The notes below the pieces were generated by a model that worked only from the letters and a program-made list of their open reading frames with translations, made no database searches and was not told the DNA's origin. A stretch of 63,149 bases of DNA, the filler included, from Rhabdomonas costata (taxonomy: Eukaryota): assembly GCA_019059605.1 (NCBI GenBank). It is 37 parts of 37 records of this genome, joined end to end, with 100 filler letters (N's around TTAATTAATTAA, not from the genome) between each part and the next. Parts side by side here need not be neighbours in the genome. Positions count along the whole stretch, not along the records: positions 10,271 to 11,881 come from JAHMHO010012044.1; positions 11,982 to 13,592 come from JAHMHO010012045.1; positions 13,693 to 15,302 come from JAHMHO010012046.1; positions 15,403 to 17,010 come from JAHMHO010012047.1; positions 17,111 to 18,718 come from JAHMHO010012048.1; positions 18,819 to 20,428 come from JAHMHO010012049.1; positions 20,529 to 22,138 come from JAHMHO010012050.1; positions 22,239 to 23,848 come from JAHMHO010012051.1; 29 more parts are not named here. One strand, written 5' to 3'. Positions 10,171 to 23,460 of this stretch are shown here, piece by piece. Made by a program: the position numbers and the translations under genes. Position 1 is the stretch's first letter. Each line of letters begins with the position of its first letter.

Positions 10171-12436
10171 NNNNNNNNNNNNNNNNNNNNNNNNNNNNNN
10201 NNNNNNNNNNNNNNTTAATTAATTAANNNNNNNNNNNNNNNNNNNNNNNNNNNNNNNNNNNNNNNNNNNNGTTGTTGGGTGTACAAGCAGCGGTACGGCG
10301 GGGCGTCGGCCTCGTAGCGGTAGTCGGGGTTGTCCTGGCACAAGTGGCACGGCAGGTAGTCCGGCACTGAAGCCCACCCCAAGACAAGACGTGAAAAATG
10401 GGGGGCAGCCAAGAAAAAAGAGTGCACAGTATGACTTCTTGAAACAACTGCCTGAAGAGGAAAACTTACATACCTTACGCTCAATTCCTCAAATTGGGCC
10501 AATGGGCAGAGTGAGCCCACAGTATACAGGGAAGAGGGAAGGCAATTGACGCAAACGGATGGCCTGATGGCAACCTGTCCCATTTTCCAGCAAAAAGCAG
10601 CAAGTACTACATGCAGCCATTCGGCCTAAGAGTCGCTGAGAAGCCCACCGGAACCCATTTCGAACGCCGCAGTTTTCTTCCGCTTTTTTCGCGGCCACGA
10701 CCGTGATTGATTCGTGTGTCGTGGCACCCACATAACCGTCTACGACACATCAGCCACACATATCGCGGACCCTAACAGCTTTCATCAAGCAACCCACTCA
10801 CACCAGCTTTCCATGCATTTTTAATTTGAACACAACACCTACCTCTTACTTCCGGTGCCTAGTTCTCGAATAGCATCGCATTCGAAGGATGCAGTTCACA
10901 CTTTCGTCTGTGCTGCGCGCAGAAATTTTCTCTTTACTACTGAGCAAGGGCTTTCCGCAAAGGTTCACCTCACTTCGCCTTGCTTCTCCGTTGTCCAACT
11001 CTTTTCCCGTGCTCTCCACAATGCTTCTTGACCCTCACTTGCTGAACCGCGATACTGACGCCCAGGCACTGGAGCCAGACACCTCGGCCACCACTACCAC
11101 TCACGAGGTTTGCTTTTGGTGAAGGTGCTGGCAAACCCTAACAAGGCCCATTCATTCATTCAGACACACATTCCACACCTTCTCCAAGGGAGCATTCTCT
11201 CAGGAATTTCGACGCTTGGCCCCAGCGCCATGGTGTCCTTGGAGGAAGGCTGCAGCGGCTTAAGGGTGACGGCGGTCCCGCCCTCCGAGGCCTCAGTTGT
11301 CCCCACGGCTGCTGGCAATGAAGACGGCAATACCCAGGACTCCGCCGAGCTCGCCCCAGAACAGTCGATGGAGATAGTGTCCAGGTTGTACCTGGGACTC
11401 TCAGAAAAATACTTCTTCTGCATCATTGAAGAACTTCGAGAGGAACAGGATGAGCCCAGCTGGGTCACAACCTCGTCATCGTCATCGTTGGTCATGCCGG
11501 CCTGTGAGGAAACCATGGGCCCCGTGCACCTTCTGTCATCCACAAGCACAAGGAAAAAAACAGTGAATCCCCTCTGAGGCCTTTAACTTGGACTCACAGC
11601 AAGCCTTCCGCTGGTTTCTCAGCGGCACAGTTGAACACTACGAGCACATAGAGAGTGCCACGACAAATCCAAGGCTGGCAACAGGATCGAGGCCATTTGG
11701 CAAACGAATCCGTTGCGGTTGTTGCTGTTGCCGTTGCATGGTGGAAATTATGCACGGTGTGTGTGTTCGTGCGTGTATGTGCGCGTCGGGAAACCCGAGC
11801 CGAGGCCGCTGTAGAAAAACGAAAAACGTACAAACGCCGTCTTACATAACAGCTGAGGACAAAACGTCGTCCTCATAACTTNNNNNNNNNNNNNNNNNNN
11901 NNNNNNNNNNNNNNNNNNNNNNNNNTTAATTAATTAANNNNNNNNNNNNNNNNNNNNNNNNNNNNNNNNNNNNNNNNNNNNCGTGTTCACGTGCCTTTTC
12001 TTCGAGCACAGCCGAGCTGAGGGATATTTTAGGAAGTAATGTTCAGTTATGGGACATTGAGTACTACTTTGAGGATATCCCACCATGTGCCACCATGTGC
12101 GGGTTCCCACAACTGGGAAGTGCTGCTTTGGTGTTAGCATTTTATTCTTTGGCTTAGGGAGAGCTGTGTCTGTTTGTTCGTGTTAGGATTTTCTTTGACT
12201 ATTTCACCGAATGCCTTTTATTTTGATGTGCTGTTCCGCATGCGAATCACTTGTGCTTTCTTTTCGCGAAGCGCTGAACTTTCAGTACATGCTTGTGGAT
12301 TCATATTCCCCCCACCCCGGAAGATCATCTTTGGGTGAAAGAAAGTCTCTTTCCTACTTTTTATCCCAGGGACTGCGCAGCCATTTCTCTCCTTTATCTG
12401 CTGTGCTTGAGTCTCACGCTTCGGACTTTTCCACCA

Positions 12437-13550
12437 ATGAAGTTTACCCGCAGGCAATCTGCAAAGAAGACGCTGCAGTGGTACGCCCGGCGTGGGCAGC
12501 CCCTCCTGGAGCCCCCTGTGCGGGTTCTGGTGGACCCTGGAGTGCTGGTGCATGTCATCCGCACTGGGCTCAGCTATGAAGGCTTGCTGCAGGCTTTGCG
12601 CACGGCGCTGGGGGTGCTGCGTGGTGGGGGCGGGGCCCAATCCGGACATTACAAGAGCAATGGGAGCAACAGCAACAACCCTTCTGCAGGTGCCGGGGTG
12701 CGGCTGTGCAGCTGCCAGCCCATCCGCGATGAGCTGGTGCGAGGCAAGCACTTCGAGGCCCTGCAAATGGCCAAGAAGGTACGCTTTCTGTTGGTTTGTT
12801 CTTCACCCGCTTTGGAAGCAATAGCCGAGGTTGATCCAGACCTGAGAAGGAAATGTTAATTGGATAAGACAGTTCTCTGTCTACCCCCCCCCCCTTCAGT
12901 CACCACCGGGTTATGCACAGGTTGTGGGAGAGTGGGGTACGTTACATGTCGGCCCCTCCAAGGAAAATGCCCCCAAAAAAGGCTCGAAATGGTCCCTTCC
13001 CCCAACGCAATGGTTCCCTTCCACTCCTTATCTTCTCTGATCCCGCCAGGTGTGGGGTCCAGGTTCTCCGGTCAGGTTCCGGCTCCGTTCTTTCTGCAGA
13101 GGAGCCCCATGTCGGCAACCACCCTTTGAATGGGGTGATATTTGAGCCGAAATAAGGGGTGCATCCGGCCGCCGAATCCGATTTCCGATTCGGTTGACCC
13201 AAACTACTGACTACCACCTGTTCGTTACCCACCTCAATGTGAATCAGAGCTCATTTTGGCCAGCCCCTCATTTTCCCCACCCCTCCCTGCTTTTTCCTTA
13301 GATGTTTAGTGTGCGGCTGGACGATTTGGAGTTGGGCGGCGGCAAGGGAGGGGTGAGCTCTCTTGAGACCCTTCAGGCTCTGGTCGCTCAAGGCAACCCA
13401 CGGGGCTACGTTGTGGCTACCGCAGAGAAGGCTGTGCGACGGGCGATGCACCGTGCGGTGGTGCCCGTGCTGTGGCTCTCGCCCACCCGGGGGGTGTTCG
13501 GGCTGGACCCGCCCCCCTCGGCCGGGGAAGAGGCCCCCAAGCAAAAGCAG
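12437..13550 (+). CDS. UTP23: rRNA-processing PIN-like protein (Fcf1/UTP23 family), first two exons
   Basis: Exon 12437-12778 starts MKFTRRQSAKKTLQWY...EPPVRVLVD, like UTP23 MKITRQKHAKK...EPYQILLD. Exon 13302-13550 has LVAQGNPRGYVVATAE...VPVLWL...LDPP. Phase-0 GT-AG intron. Confidence 0.75.
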
Positions 13551-13929
13551 GTCGGGTGATCAGAAAGGGAGGGTGTTCGCGCAGGATAAGGGNNNNNNNN
13601 NNNNNNNNNNNNNNNNNNNNNNNNNNNNNNNNNNNNTTAATTAATTAANNNNNNNNNNNNNNNNNNNNNNNNNNNNNNNNNNNNNNNNNNNNAAAGTTAA
13701 GGTCAAGCCTAACTCATCGATCTATGTCTCTTTGACTTGGAACTTTCTTGCTTTCTCGTGGCCGCTGGGATTTGGATCTCGATTCTGTTCTGATGCAAGC
13801 TGTCGCATGGGTCCATTTTCGTAGACCCTCTCTCTTTACGGTACGGCATTTCCACAATTGCGGCCCAGGGACGCACGTACCCAGGACACAAGTGGGTCTT
13901 TTTTTAATGAACGTCGTGCGGCTGCGCAG

Positions 13930-15268
13930 GATGCCGCGGACATGGAGACCTTGCGCAACGTGTTGAAGATGAACCCTCTCTTTACTCAGCTTGAGCCTGA
14001 AGACTTGCAGGTGAACCCCTCACCACCGCACAAAGCCGGGCTTGGCGGTCCGTTCTTCATGCTGCCCAATACTTTGCTTTCGCGACGTTTGCAAAGGATC
14101 ACCTTCGCTGAACGCAAACCCCAGCTACCATGGAGAAGTACTGGTTTTACTGACGGAATGGGACGGACGGCTTTGTTGTGGGCGAAAGGGTCAAATGATA
14201 TGCATTTATTGTCCGGGTGATGGATTCCAAAAATATTGCCCCTGCCACCTCAAAAGTGAGAGGTGGAAAACGCGTTACCCAAATGTTACATTCTGGACTT
14301 ACGGGGAGAGGGATTAGGGACAGCAAAAAAGCCTCTCTTTGTAAATCATGTCAGTGCAGTTGTTTCGTATGTATTGAAATCTGTTAAATTCCGGAACTTT
14401 TTCTGAGGTATGCCGATGTTTTCCAGATGTGCAGGTGATCTAAGCTGTGATTTCTTGTTTCTCACATACGACGTGGCCGGGGTCATATACATTGGGGCCA
14501 CTGAGAAATTGTCCCGATGGACCCATCTCCCTGTCATGTGGTGTCGATATGGCGTGGTAATTGCTCAAGGCTGCCGCGTATGTGTGCAGGTGGTGCTGGA
14601 AGCGATGCAGCCCGTGACCCACCCCGCGTCCTCGGTAGTGTTGACTCAGGGCGGAGAGAACGACCGGTTCACCGTGATCGGGGGCGGGGGCGTGGAGATC
14701 GTGAGGGATGGAGCAGTGATCTGCCCACTAAAGGCCGGCCAAGGGTACGCCCTGACGCCCCCACGGAGCGCTGTGTACGACCCTTTTCTCTTCCAGAGCG
14801 CATATGGGCCAGAATTGGGTGCAATATAAATTTCGCCGTGCATTCGTCGAAATTTTTATAAAACGTGCATTTTTCTGTTTTCGTACATTTCTTCTCAACG
14901 TAGGACTTTTTCTTCTCAATGTAGGACTTCTCCTTGCAGACGAAGAAGGTCACTGGCAAACCTTTGTGGTATTCCTGGAATGACGTTGCTGGACAAGCGC
15001 AATGCGTTCCCCGGGGTGCAGTCGTCGCAATGCGAACTTTAAATAGAACGTATCTGCTGTTCAAAAAAATTTCGATGTGCTGACATACGCCCTGCATGGT
15101 TTAGACCGTGACTCCAGCGGTGCCTCTACCGCCTTGTTCCACTGCATTCCCGTTGACAGAGGCCTCCGCTCTGTCCCTCGCTCCATTGTTTGCTTCGCTG
15201 CCGTTCAGCTTTGGGGAGCTGGAGCTGATGTACAACACCCCGTGCGCAGCCACTGTGCGCGTGCTGCC
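13930..15268 (+). CDS. PKA regulatory subunit-like cyclic-nucleotide-binding domain (CNB-A), three exons, atypical phosphate-binding cassette
   Basis: Exons 13930-14010, 14590-14744 and 15209-~15268 with phase-consistent GT-AG introns. Spliced product: LKMNPLFTQLEPEDLQVVLEAM...VLTQGGENDRFTVIGGGGVEIVRDG...GQGFGELELMYNTPCAATVRV. Confidence 0.88.
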
Positions 15269-16539
15269 CGGGGTGTTGTACATCAGCTCCAGCTCCCCAA
15301 AANNNNNNNNNNNNNNNNNNNNNNNNNNNNNNNNNNNNNNNNNNNNTTAATTAATTAANNNNNNNNNNNNNNNNNNNNNNNNNNNNNNNNNNNNNNNNNN
15401 NNGGGGGTGGTTGTGAAAGTGGACAACAGGGCAACGAAAACAACGGCAAATTTCAGGGAATCCAATCAGTCCTCAGTTTCCCGTTCGTTTCGTTGCCCTG
15501 TTGTCCACTTTCACAATCACTTACCTCAAATGTCGAATGTACAAAGGCAGGGACTTCTGCAAAAAAAAAGTAGAAGTCGCACGGAGTCGGACGGAGGAGC
15601 GGTGAGCGGATGACCTTTAATTCTAATCCTCACAGGGACATTCAGACCGGAGCTCTGCAGATACACAATTTCCGTGGCCAGCTCCGACCCAAAGCCAAGG
15701 TACTCCCGCTTGGAAGCCAGCACAAGGCTGGGATCCACCCGAAAATGAGCCATCACCCTCCCACCTCTCTCTCACTCTCAGAGCGACTGCACTTCTCAAT
15801 CGAATGCGAGCGAACACAAGCCACTGGGTGAAGCAACGCACACGCACAACAAACCTACAGTGAAAAGGACCAAGCTCTGGCTGTCTCACAGAGCCCGTCG
15901 TTTGAGTGATGCTGGATGAGTCTATGATCAATTTATAATCGTGACAGAAAAGGCTTGTGCCCAGGAAGCCGGCCGGGTTGGTCGGTATTTGGTGCTGATG
16001 AAGGCACATAGCAAAGTAAAATCAAGGACAACAGTCGCAACAGTCGTCAAACTTCGGATGCCATGAGGGTGCCATGACAGGAAGTTATGAAGTCTGTAAA
16101 GAAATGCCACACGCATAGTGATATCCTACAAGCAATGCAAGGATAGGCACCCTGAGCCGCCGCCAGTCCACATCAGCCCAAGCAGTCCAAATAGTGCAAA
16201 AACGGAACCGCCGACAAACAAGGGGGAGCAGTAAGACAATCAGAATACCACATAAAATGAAAGCCTCAGAATGTGGGACTTCTCGGCAGTTCGCATTAAT
16301 AAAGTTAACTTAACAAAGCTGAAAATTTATTCTGTTACCCAAGGTAAGATCTAGACAGGGAATAACAGCACATCAAACCAGAAGAAGTCATGGCTCCGAA
16401 AGCAAAAGCAATTATTTTACACCACACTTGCCTAACAAACCAACCATCACCGTCACCACCAGCAGCCTGCAATTTCCCACCACAGGAAAAAGAAGCTATG
16501 GAGGCTTCCCAATGAAGGCAGCTGGACTACAGACTTCTC

Positions 16540-16930
16540 TCAGGACACCGCGCAGCACAGAGTCCTCCAGGCATTCACACAGTTTGCTTCCTCCTCAGGG
16601 ATATCAGCGCTGTCCATGGAGCGCGTTTCCTCCGGATCCACCACCATGGGCTCTGGCAGGCTCAGCAGTGGGGTTTCCTCGGTCATGGGAGGGCTTGAGG
16701 TGGCGAGGGACAATTTTGCAGCAGCAAGTTTCTGCTGCACATTGAACGTGTCCGGGGTGGGCACGCTGAGCTCCTGGGAACCGGTGGGCCTGTAGGGTAC
16801 CACCCGAAGCTTACCTCGCCCGCCTTCAGCCAGGCATAGCTCAGCGAAGTCGTCGAAGTCCTCGGCAGTATGTAAGACCCGCTCACTGCAGTCTTCATCC
16901 GTGAATGCAAGAGTCATTTGCCCGGGGCCA
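16540..16930 (-). CDS. Exon with the C-terminal half of a PB1-like domain and an acidic tail
   Basis: LAFTDEDCSERVLHTAEDFDDF...KLRVV resembles the PB1 OPCA motif (Y.DEDGD...l.sdeDl...lrl.v). The 5' boundary is approximate. Confidence 0.5.
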
Positions 16931-17963
16931 CAGGAGTTGCTGCGTGGGCTAGGAAAAGTCGTTCGAATCAAACAAAGGGGCCAAGTTATAACTAATTATA
17001 CCCCCACCCCNNNNNNNNNNNNNNNNNNNNNNNNNNNNNNNNNNNNNNNNNNNNTTAATTAATTAANNNNNNNNNNNNNNNNNNNNNNNNNNNNNNNNNN
17101 NNNNNNNNNNGTGGGTTTTTTGCCTGGTGGCTACTAACAGTGAAAACCCGGGTGTCATTACGTACCGTGTCGCTCCCGCCGGTCCAACGTGACCCCAATG
17201 CTGTGATGCCTTTTTGGAGTGGGCAGGGGCTTGGTGAGCTGAAATTGAGAGTCGTATGGGCGGATGGGTAGCATACGAAAGGAAAATTCTTTGAAGTATT
17301 TTCTTGTACTTTTAAGTGGTTACACAGTGGTTTTAGTGCATGTGCTTGAAACCCTAACTGGGCTTTTTAACGCCTTGTGTTCCTTGTGGAGCGTTTTGAT
17401 TTACTGATTTTCTGCTGGCGCATACTACTGATTTCCGATACCTACATATTTTCTTTCGTGTCCCTTACAGTCGAGGGCGAAAGAAATTCTCACCAAGGAA
17501 TGTGGATTGGACGACAGTGCCGCTGAAGTTGCGCTGATGTGGGGAGCACTTTCTGTCCCCTCAGAACAAGGCATGGCCTTGTGTGTGTAGGCAAGTTTGG
17601 GTCTTTATAATTAGGCTACTATAGTATGATTGGTTTTCCGTGTTATTTTCTTTGGTAAGGAAGACAGATCAGCCGAGGTGATCTTCCCTTTTGTTGAAAT
17701 ATTGCTCTTATCTGAGTCGTGACGGTTTCGTGTCATACACGCGCGCAACAGGCCAGCTACAGAACCCACGCCCCCTGCCCTGTGATGGAACTGAGTTTTT
17801 CGGTCGCGTACGTACGATAAGCAACCTGTTCGTTTGGTGATCTATTGATGACCTTGCTTTGAATGTCCGGCAATCGATGAATAGGATAGGAGCAGGGGTG
17901 CCATTGTGGCACCTTTCTGATAAACTGAGATCGGTGCATGGTGGTGCAGTGATTTTCATTCAG

Positions 17964-18407
17964 ATGCACTCCCGGCCGAAATCCCATCAGCTGGGGACTA
18001 CGTCTACCGGTTCCTCCAGCAGCCCGTGTCCCAGATGGCATCAATCGCGTTTCAGGTCCAGGCTCCCCATGACGCCCACATTCTCTTGAGCAGCGTGGAC
18101 ACCGAGCAGTCTTCAGCTCAGGTGTACGAGATTATCCTGGGATGCGCCGGCAACACCCATGTGTTTATCCGGAAATCGAAGAATGGGGTGCCGTGCGCCT
18201 CGGCGTTTGTCCCCGAGGGTTTGGTGAGTATAACGGAATTCCGGTGGTTCTGGGTCTGCTGGACTAATGGCACGGTCTCCGTGGGTCGGGGCAAGACCGT
18301 GGGAGAGGACAACATCGTCAGCTTCCGTGATCCTTCCTACACCCCCGTGAATTACGTGGCCTTTGCCACCAGTGAGGGCGCGGACGGGTACTGGATAGCC
18401 TCTGCAG
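17964..18407 (+). CDS. Exon encoding a farnesoic acid O-methyltransferase-like (Methyltransf_FA) domain
   Basis: FQVQAPHDAHILLS...YEIILGCAGNTHVFIRK...EFRWFWVCWTNGTVSVGRG...FRDP...VNYVAFAT..GADGYW matches the family pattern. CAG acceptor at 17961-17963 and candidate GT donor at 18408 (alternative: stop at 18436). Confidence 0.85.
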
Positions 18408-21400
18408 GTGCAGGCATGGCGTCGGAGTTTGGGTAGGGGTTGAGATATGGCAATTCTCAAAAATTAAAATTTTGACGTGAACACTAATAGCACTCTGAGG
18501 AACCAATCACAATTATTTTTTATCTACGTTCCATCCATTGCATGAAAGACCCTACTACTATCAGCAAAACGTGAGAAAATTCCCCGGAGCGCAGATATTT
18601 TTCTGTTATTCCAGTTCACCCACGCAAGCTCATCGAATACCGTCCTCCAGCATATCATTTTGACTATGAATAACGATGTCGAGGAGCAATAAAATCCCCC
18701 CCTACGAACATCTGTAAGNNNNNNNNNNNNNNNNNNNNNNNNNNNNNNNNNNNNNNNNNNNNTTAATTAATTAANNNNNNNNNNNNNNNNNNNNNNNNNN
18801 NNNNNNNNNNNNNNNNNNGGGGAGCTGCTGTTCTGCCGGAAGTTTCAGGGCCGGGTGTGGGCCCCGAAGTTCATCAACGCCAGCGCAGTGGTAATGCTGC
18901 GTTCCGTGATGGACACCCGCTACAGCTTTGAGGGTATGCCTGAGGGGCAAAGGTGCCGAGGGGAGACGGAGGGACTTAAAGCTGGTGGTTGAGGTTTCGT
19001 GTATTTGTACGAACTGCATGACCCCAGACGGTAAGCAGCCTGACAGACGATAAGCAGCCTGTAGACTGTGAGATGATTCCTGTAACGGGTTCTAGGTCTC
19101 ACAAGGGGTTATAAGACGATACACGGGTATGACGACCGTTTCCCCGTTAATAATCGAACATTGCCGAAGTCAACCTAACTCACATTGCTCCGACTGACTG
19201 CAATCCATCTCTTGATTTTGGTCCACAGATGAATCCACTGCGGTTATGTGGGACCTTGTACGGGGCTCCGCTACCAGCATTCCGTTGGGGCCTGCGACCC
19301 ATGACCTGGACTTCGACCCTGTCACACAGTATATGCGTGTGTTGATCCTTCCCTCCCCTTCCCTTCTGCGTCCAAAAGCCCGTGGAGAGGAGGTTTGAGG
19401 AGGTAAAGTACAGGCTTACCCCGCTAGAAATGGTGAGCGGGCTCGCGATGGCGCACGAGAAATGGATCGTCGTTGTCCCGAAACCCGCTGGTGAGGCCAA
19501 TTAGTACTTGCCAGTATTAGTTTTGTTCTTTGCTTCTTGGCGCCGGCGTTTGGCCGTTTGACACCATAAAAATTGTTAAGGCCGTGTTGTCGTCGCCATC
19601 GCCACAGAACGTGGTTCGTGCTGCTCACCCGGAGGTTTCCTCTGCGGTGCCTGTCCGCTGGGGAGGCCCCGCTGTGGGATGGCTCCCTGCTGCATACCCA
19701 CTGTGACCCATTGGGGCCCAACGTCAGCCGCCACGCGGTGGTAGACCTCGTGGAGGAGCGTACCCCGGAAGGTGCTTTTCAAAGCATCGTGTCGCGTTCG
19801 CAAACCTGCGCCTTGCCTTACTCTCACCTCATCAACTGTGGAATCAAAAACAAATCCAGGACCGAACCGTACTTGAAACGCTTGTGGATTTTTTTGGTTG
19901 AGGTGTGAAAGTAGGATGAAAGCGGTGACTTGAGCAAAAGAAAGGTGAGACGTAAGCGTATTTTTGGCGTGAAATGTGCGCTGTATGGGAGCTGTCAAGG
20001 AGATCCCCTGATTTCTGTGGGCGGTGGGGTACTGGTTCAGCACATGACAGATAACAAGATAGGAATCTGCTTGCGGGGCCCAGGACTTCACCCAATCCAT
20101 CTTGACCCCAGCTGCTGTCAACTCGCCATAAATAGACGCTGCACATTTCCGGACGCATGGGCAGGCATCGACATTTAGCGCACTTCAGTGTTCGTCCGCA
20201 CTGGGATTTTTGCATCCCAACCCCAACCCCACTCCCATTTGGTTTGGTCCTTCAGGCTTTTGCCCTTCCTCGCACCCTCGGAGCCTGTTGGGTGCTCTCC
20301 CTTGTGTCCCGAAAACTCAAAAGGCCATGTGGTGTGGAGCTGGAATCCAATGGACTACCTTTACCCCACCCCGACTCGGCCCGCACTGCGGCCCCGCTTC
20401 TCTCCGCGATGGTTGCGCAACCCTTGCGNNNNNNNNNNNNNNNNNNNNNNNNNNNNNNNNNNNNNNNNNNNNTTAATTAATTAANNNNNNNNNNNNNNNN
20501 NNNNNNNNNNNNNNNNNNNNNNNNNNNNGTGGTGGGTGTGAACCGCATAACTTCGATTGCTTGGGATCTTCCACAAAAGTACGGACGACGGCGTTTGCTA
20601 TCGGTGGTCCGATAGCAAACACTAGCGAACCCTGACTGATTGGTCGAGCTCGGCAGCATCATTTGCTATCGAACCGTCGGGACTTTGGGTAGGTAGCGGC
20701 AGCGTTTGCAACCATGGGAGAGGGGTCATTATAACGGATCGGTCACCGTATAAAGGGCTATTGGCTGTATGTAGGCACTCTCGTTGGGTGTGTAAATGTG
20801 CACACTTCCGGAACGGGCCGAGGTTAGCGAGGGTAGAGGAGGGGTATGTGTGTTGTTTGGGGGTTGCCCTCCTTGGCTCGATTCCCCGTGGGACGCGGCA
20901 CGGTTGTCCCCGGCTTTGACCTGCGTGCTTGGGTATTCTCGCCCTCGGTCGTTCCCGGGCACCCGGATCCCCGGGCCGGCGCTTGTTTTCTTGTTATCCT
21001 GGCTTTGGTTTGCTTCGTGGGGTCCGTGCCTTGGCGCGCGTGCTGCCAGGGTGCCTCTTTTTCCTTGCCCTTCTGGCTTCGCCCAAAGGCTTGGCTTAGT
21101 TCGCCGGCTTCCTGGTTTCAGGCGTGATGGTTATCCGCGCCTTCTTGCATTTTTTCTCGGGCCTACTTATAATCGCGGCGTCCGTCGAGGACTAAGGGAT
21201 TGGCCTTGTCACGAGGGCTTGCGCTCATCTTCCCGTATGAGATGAGAACTCGCCAGAAGCAGCGGGCAATGAACAGCACAGGATCCAAATCTGGAAGCTC
21301 CATCACCACCGTTTGCGCCTAATGGGTGCTCCGAACTTCCAGCCTTGGCAGTAGTCAACGGAGACCCCGATGGTCGGAACATAGCAGGTTCGCAACAGTT

Positions 21401-22649
21401 CGCACTGAACCGAACGGTTCAATTGTATGACCATCACATCGAAGAGTATTCCACCCAGAGTTCGTTGGGGTCAAAGCTATTGGAAGCAAATTTCTTACAG
21501 GACAAACCCTAGTCTGGGGGTGACATTGAAGAATCCGTATGGGATAGACGGCGATTTCAGCGATCTTCTCAGGCCCGCGAAGCCAAAATTTTTTTGGGCG
21601 TGATGCACCGAGATTTGAATACAAACACATCAATTCCAGATGCAAAATCGAAATGGAGTAAGCTGGCCACGAAAAAAAGCTGAAACGAAGGGCAAACAGC
21701 TTTGCTAATTCATCAAGGAGCGAAGAAAGCTTGGCAAGTGACCCGGATCCTGAAATACCCCTCGTAATTATTTCGCTTATCAGTTAAAAGATCCTACGAG
21801 TCCATTTGCAGTTGAAGAACACCCAACACAAAGGAATGCGCGATATCCACAACTCGGATGGCAGCTGTACTACACCTCACCAATGACACTGCCAACAGCA
21901 GCGGCTGCTGCAAACAACGGGTCCCTGGCTTTGACTCCGGACATAAAGTGTGGGTTTTTCTTCAGGAAAAACACGCAAAGGGAGCCCAGCGAGAAACAGA
22001 AGCCCCATAAGCAAACTGAAACGGCGGGCGTCCTCAGCAAAGACCACCGGAGCCTTGCTGCCGTTGTCAGAGCGACGTAGGCCAAGTTGGTTGCGCACAC
22101 TGTAAAAAGTGCGAAAAAGCTGATATGACCCAACCCACNNNNNNNNNNNNNNNNNNNNNNNNNNNNNNNNNNNNNNNNNNNNTTAATTAATTAANNNNNN
22201 NNNNNNNNNNNNNNNNNNNNNNNNNNNNNNNNNNNNNNGTGGGTTGTTTTGTTGTCTAAAGAGGAGCGCGCGGATGCCCACTTACTGACACGTTTCTTTT
22301 CACGCTCCTCCAGACAATGTGTTAACTGCTATTTTCATGATGGAAGGCTTCTCGGATGGCTCCTATTCAATTCTCCTCGCAGCGTGCGGCACTTGGCTTT
22401 CTGGAACATAAACGAGTTCATGTTGCATCAACCCATCTCTACGCATTTAACCTACCTGCACCTTATTTCAATGCACATCGACCCCCAAATTATTTTCCTC
22501 GCTCCTGCGTACTTCTTTTTTAGAACCACCGGTGGCAGATTTGTGGTTTACAACCGCTCATAATGTGTTTATTCTTCTGTCGTACCAGCGCACTTGTGCT
22601 TCGCTAAAGTTTCTGCGGCTTTCTTGCATCTCCTCTGCTTTGCATATCA

Positions 22650-23460
22650 CTCTACCGTGGCATCTGTTTGGTGGCAGCACATGATGATGGTGTCCTTTGC
22701 CGATGTTCATGGTCTGAAACTCGCCGAACGATTTTTCATTCATTTCTGAGGTATTGCCATACCCATCCCCCCACATTTGCTTTCGCTGTGGCGGTCGGAT
22801 GATGCCATGGCCGTTGCTTTTCTTTGGTGATTTACCCAGCTCACCACCGACTCGCATCATGGAAGTGGGCATCCATAATTGTCACGGCTCGAGGTCTTGG
22901 AGACCGGACACCGCTGCCAAGATGCGCAGAACAGCTGCTCAATTTGTCAGTCACTCTATTATTTGCGCTCATTTCCTAGAATCACGTTTTTTTGTACAGT
23001 TACACCTTGGCTGCTTAAGTCTACGCAACGCATTTTTTTTACGTATGTGGTCAAACAACTACATTCGTCGCTCCAAACGCCTTGTTTTGCCGTAATCTCA
23101 CGATCTCACGGTGCACTTTAGCTGTAATATGGCGCGGCTCCCATTACGTGGCTTCAGTGTTGGCACCAAAGCAGGTTCAAGTGGAACGTCTTGGACTGTG
23201 TTCATGCAGCTCAATTCGTGGGAATATTCACGTGATACGGTACTGGTATCTCCACCCGTTTGCAATGCTTTGGCCACTCTTTTGAACTAGCGAACATTTC
23301 AAATGTGTGTGGTTTTCACTGCATGTCGTTCAACAGTCGATTTTTGCACAAATCAAAAATCAGTGCAAAGTTGCAGGGTTTCCTCGTAGCTGCTGCAAAC
23401 GTGCTGCGCAAGCTGTTTTGTAGGAACTCTTCCAACTGCCAGAAGGATTGGCTGCTTCCC
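22650..23460 (-). pseudogene. Possible heavily decayed pogo/Tigger-like DDE transposase
   Basis: QLEEFLQ...FALI...FASSKEW...KR resembles the CENP-B-type HTH (LEE.L...F.AS.GW...KR). Further on are TIMDAH and VLPPN, resembling DDE_1 motifs. Multiple stops and frameshifts. Confidence 0.3.

Noticed and set aside
15210-15301. Perfect 33-bp inverted repeat (15210-15242 / 15269-15301) in the PKA-R exon, as an RNA hairpin or editing element
   Set aside because: It sits at the contig end and simply reverse-copies coding sequence, as expected for a fold-back amplification chimera. The Glu and Cys codons lie before the switch point.
15411-15516. 29-bp inverted repeat at a contig start
   Set aside because: The outer mismatch falls in the G/T primer-derived bases; same artefact class. 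A small MITE cannot be fully excluded.
19375-20428. Coding-like GC-rich blocks with splice-like flanks; similar blocks at 10271-11550 and 21880-22130
   Set aside because: Probably exons, but I could not build a phase-consistent model or assign a family.
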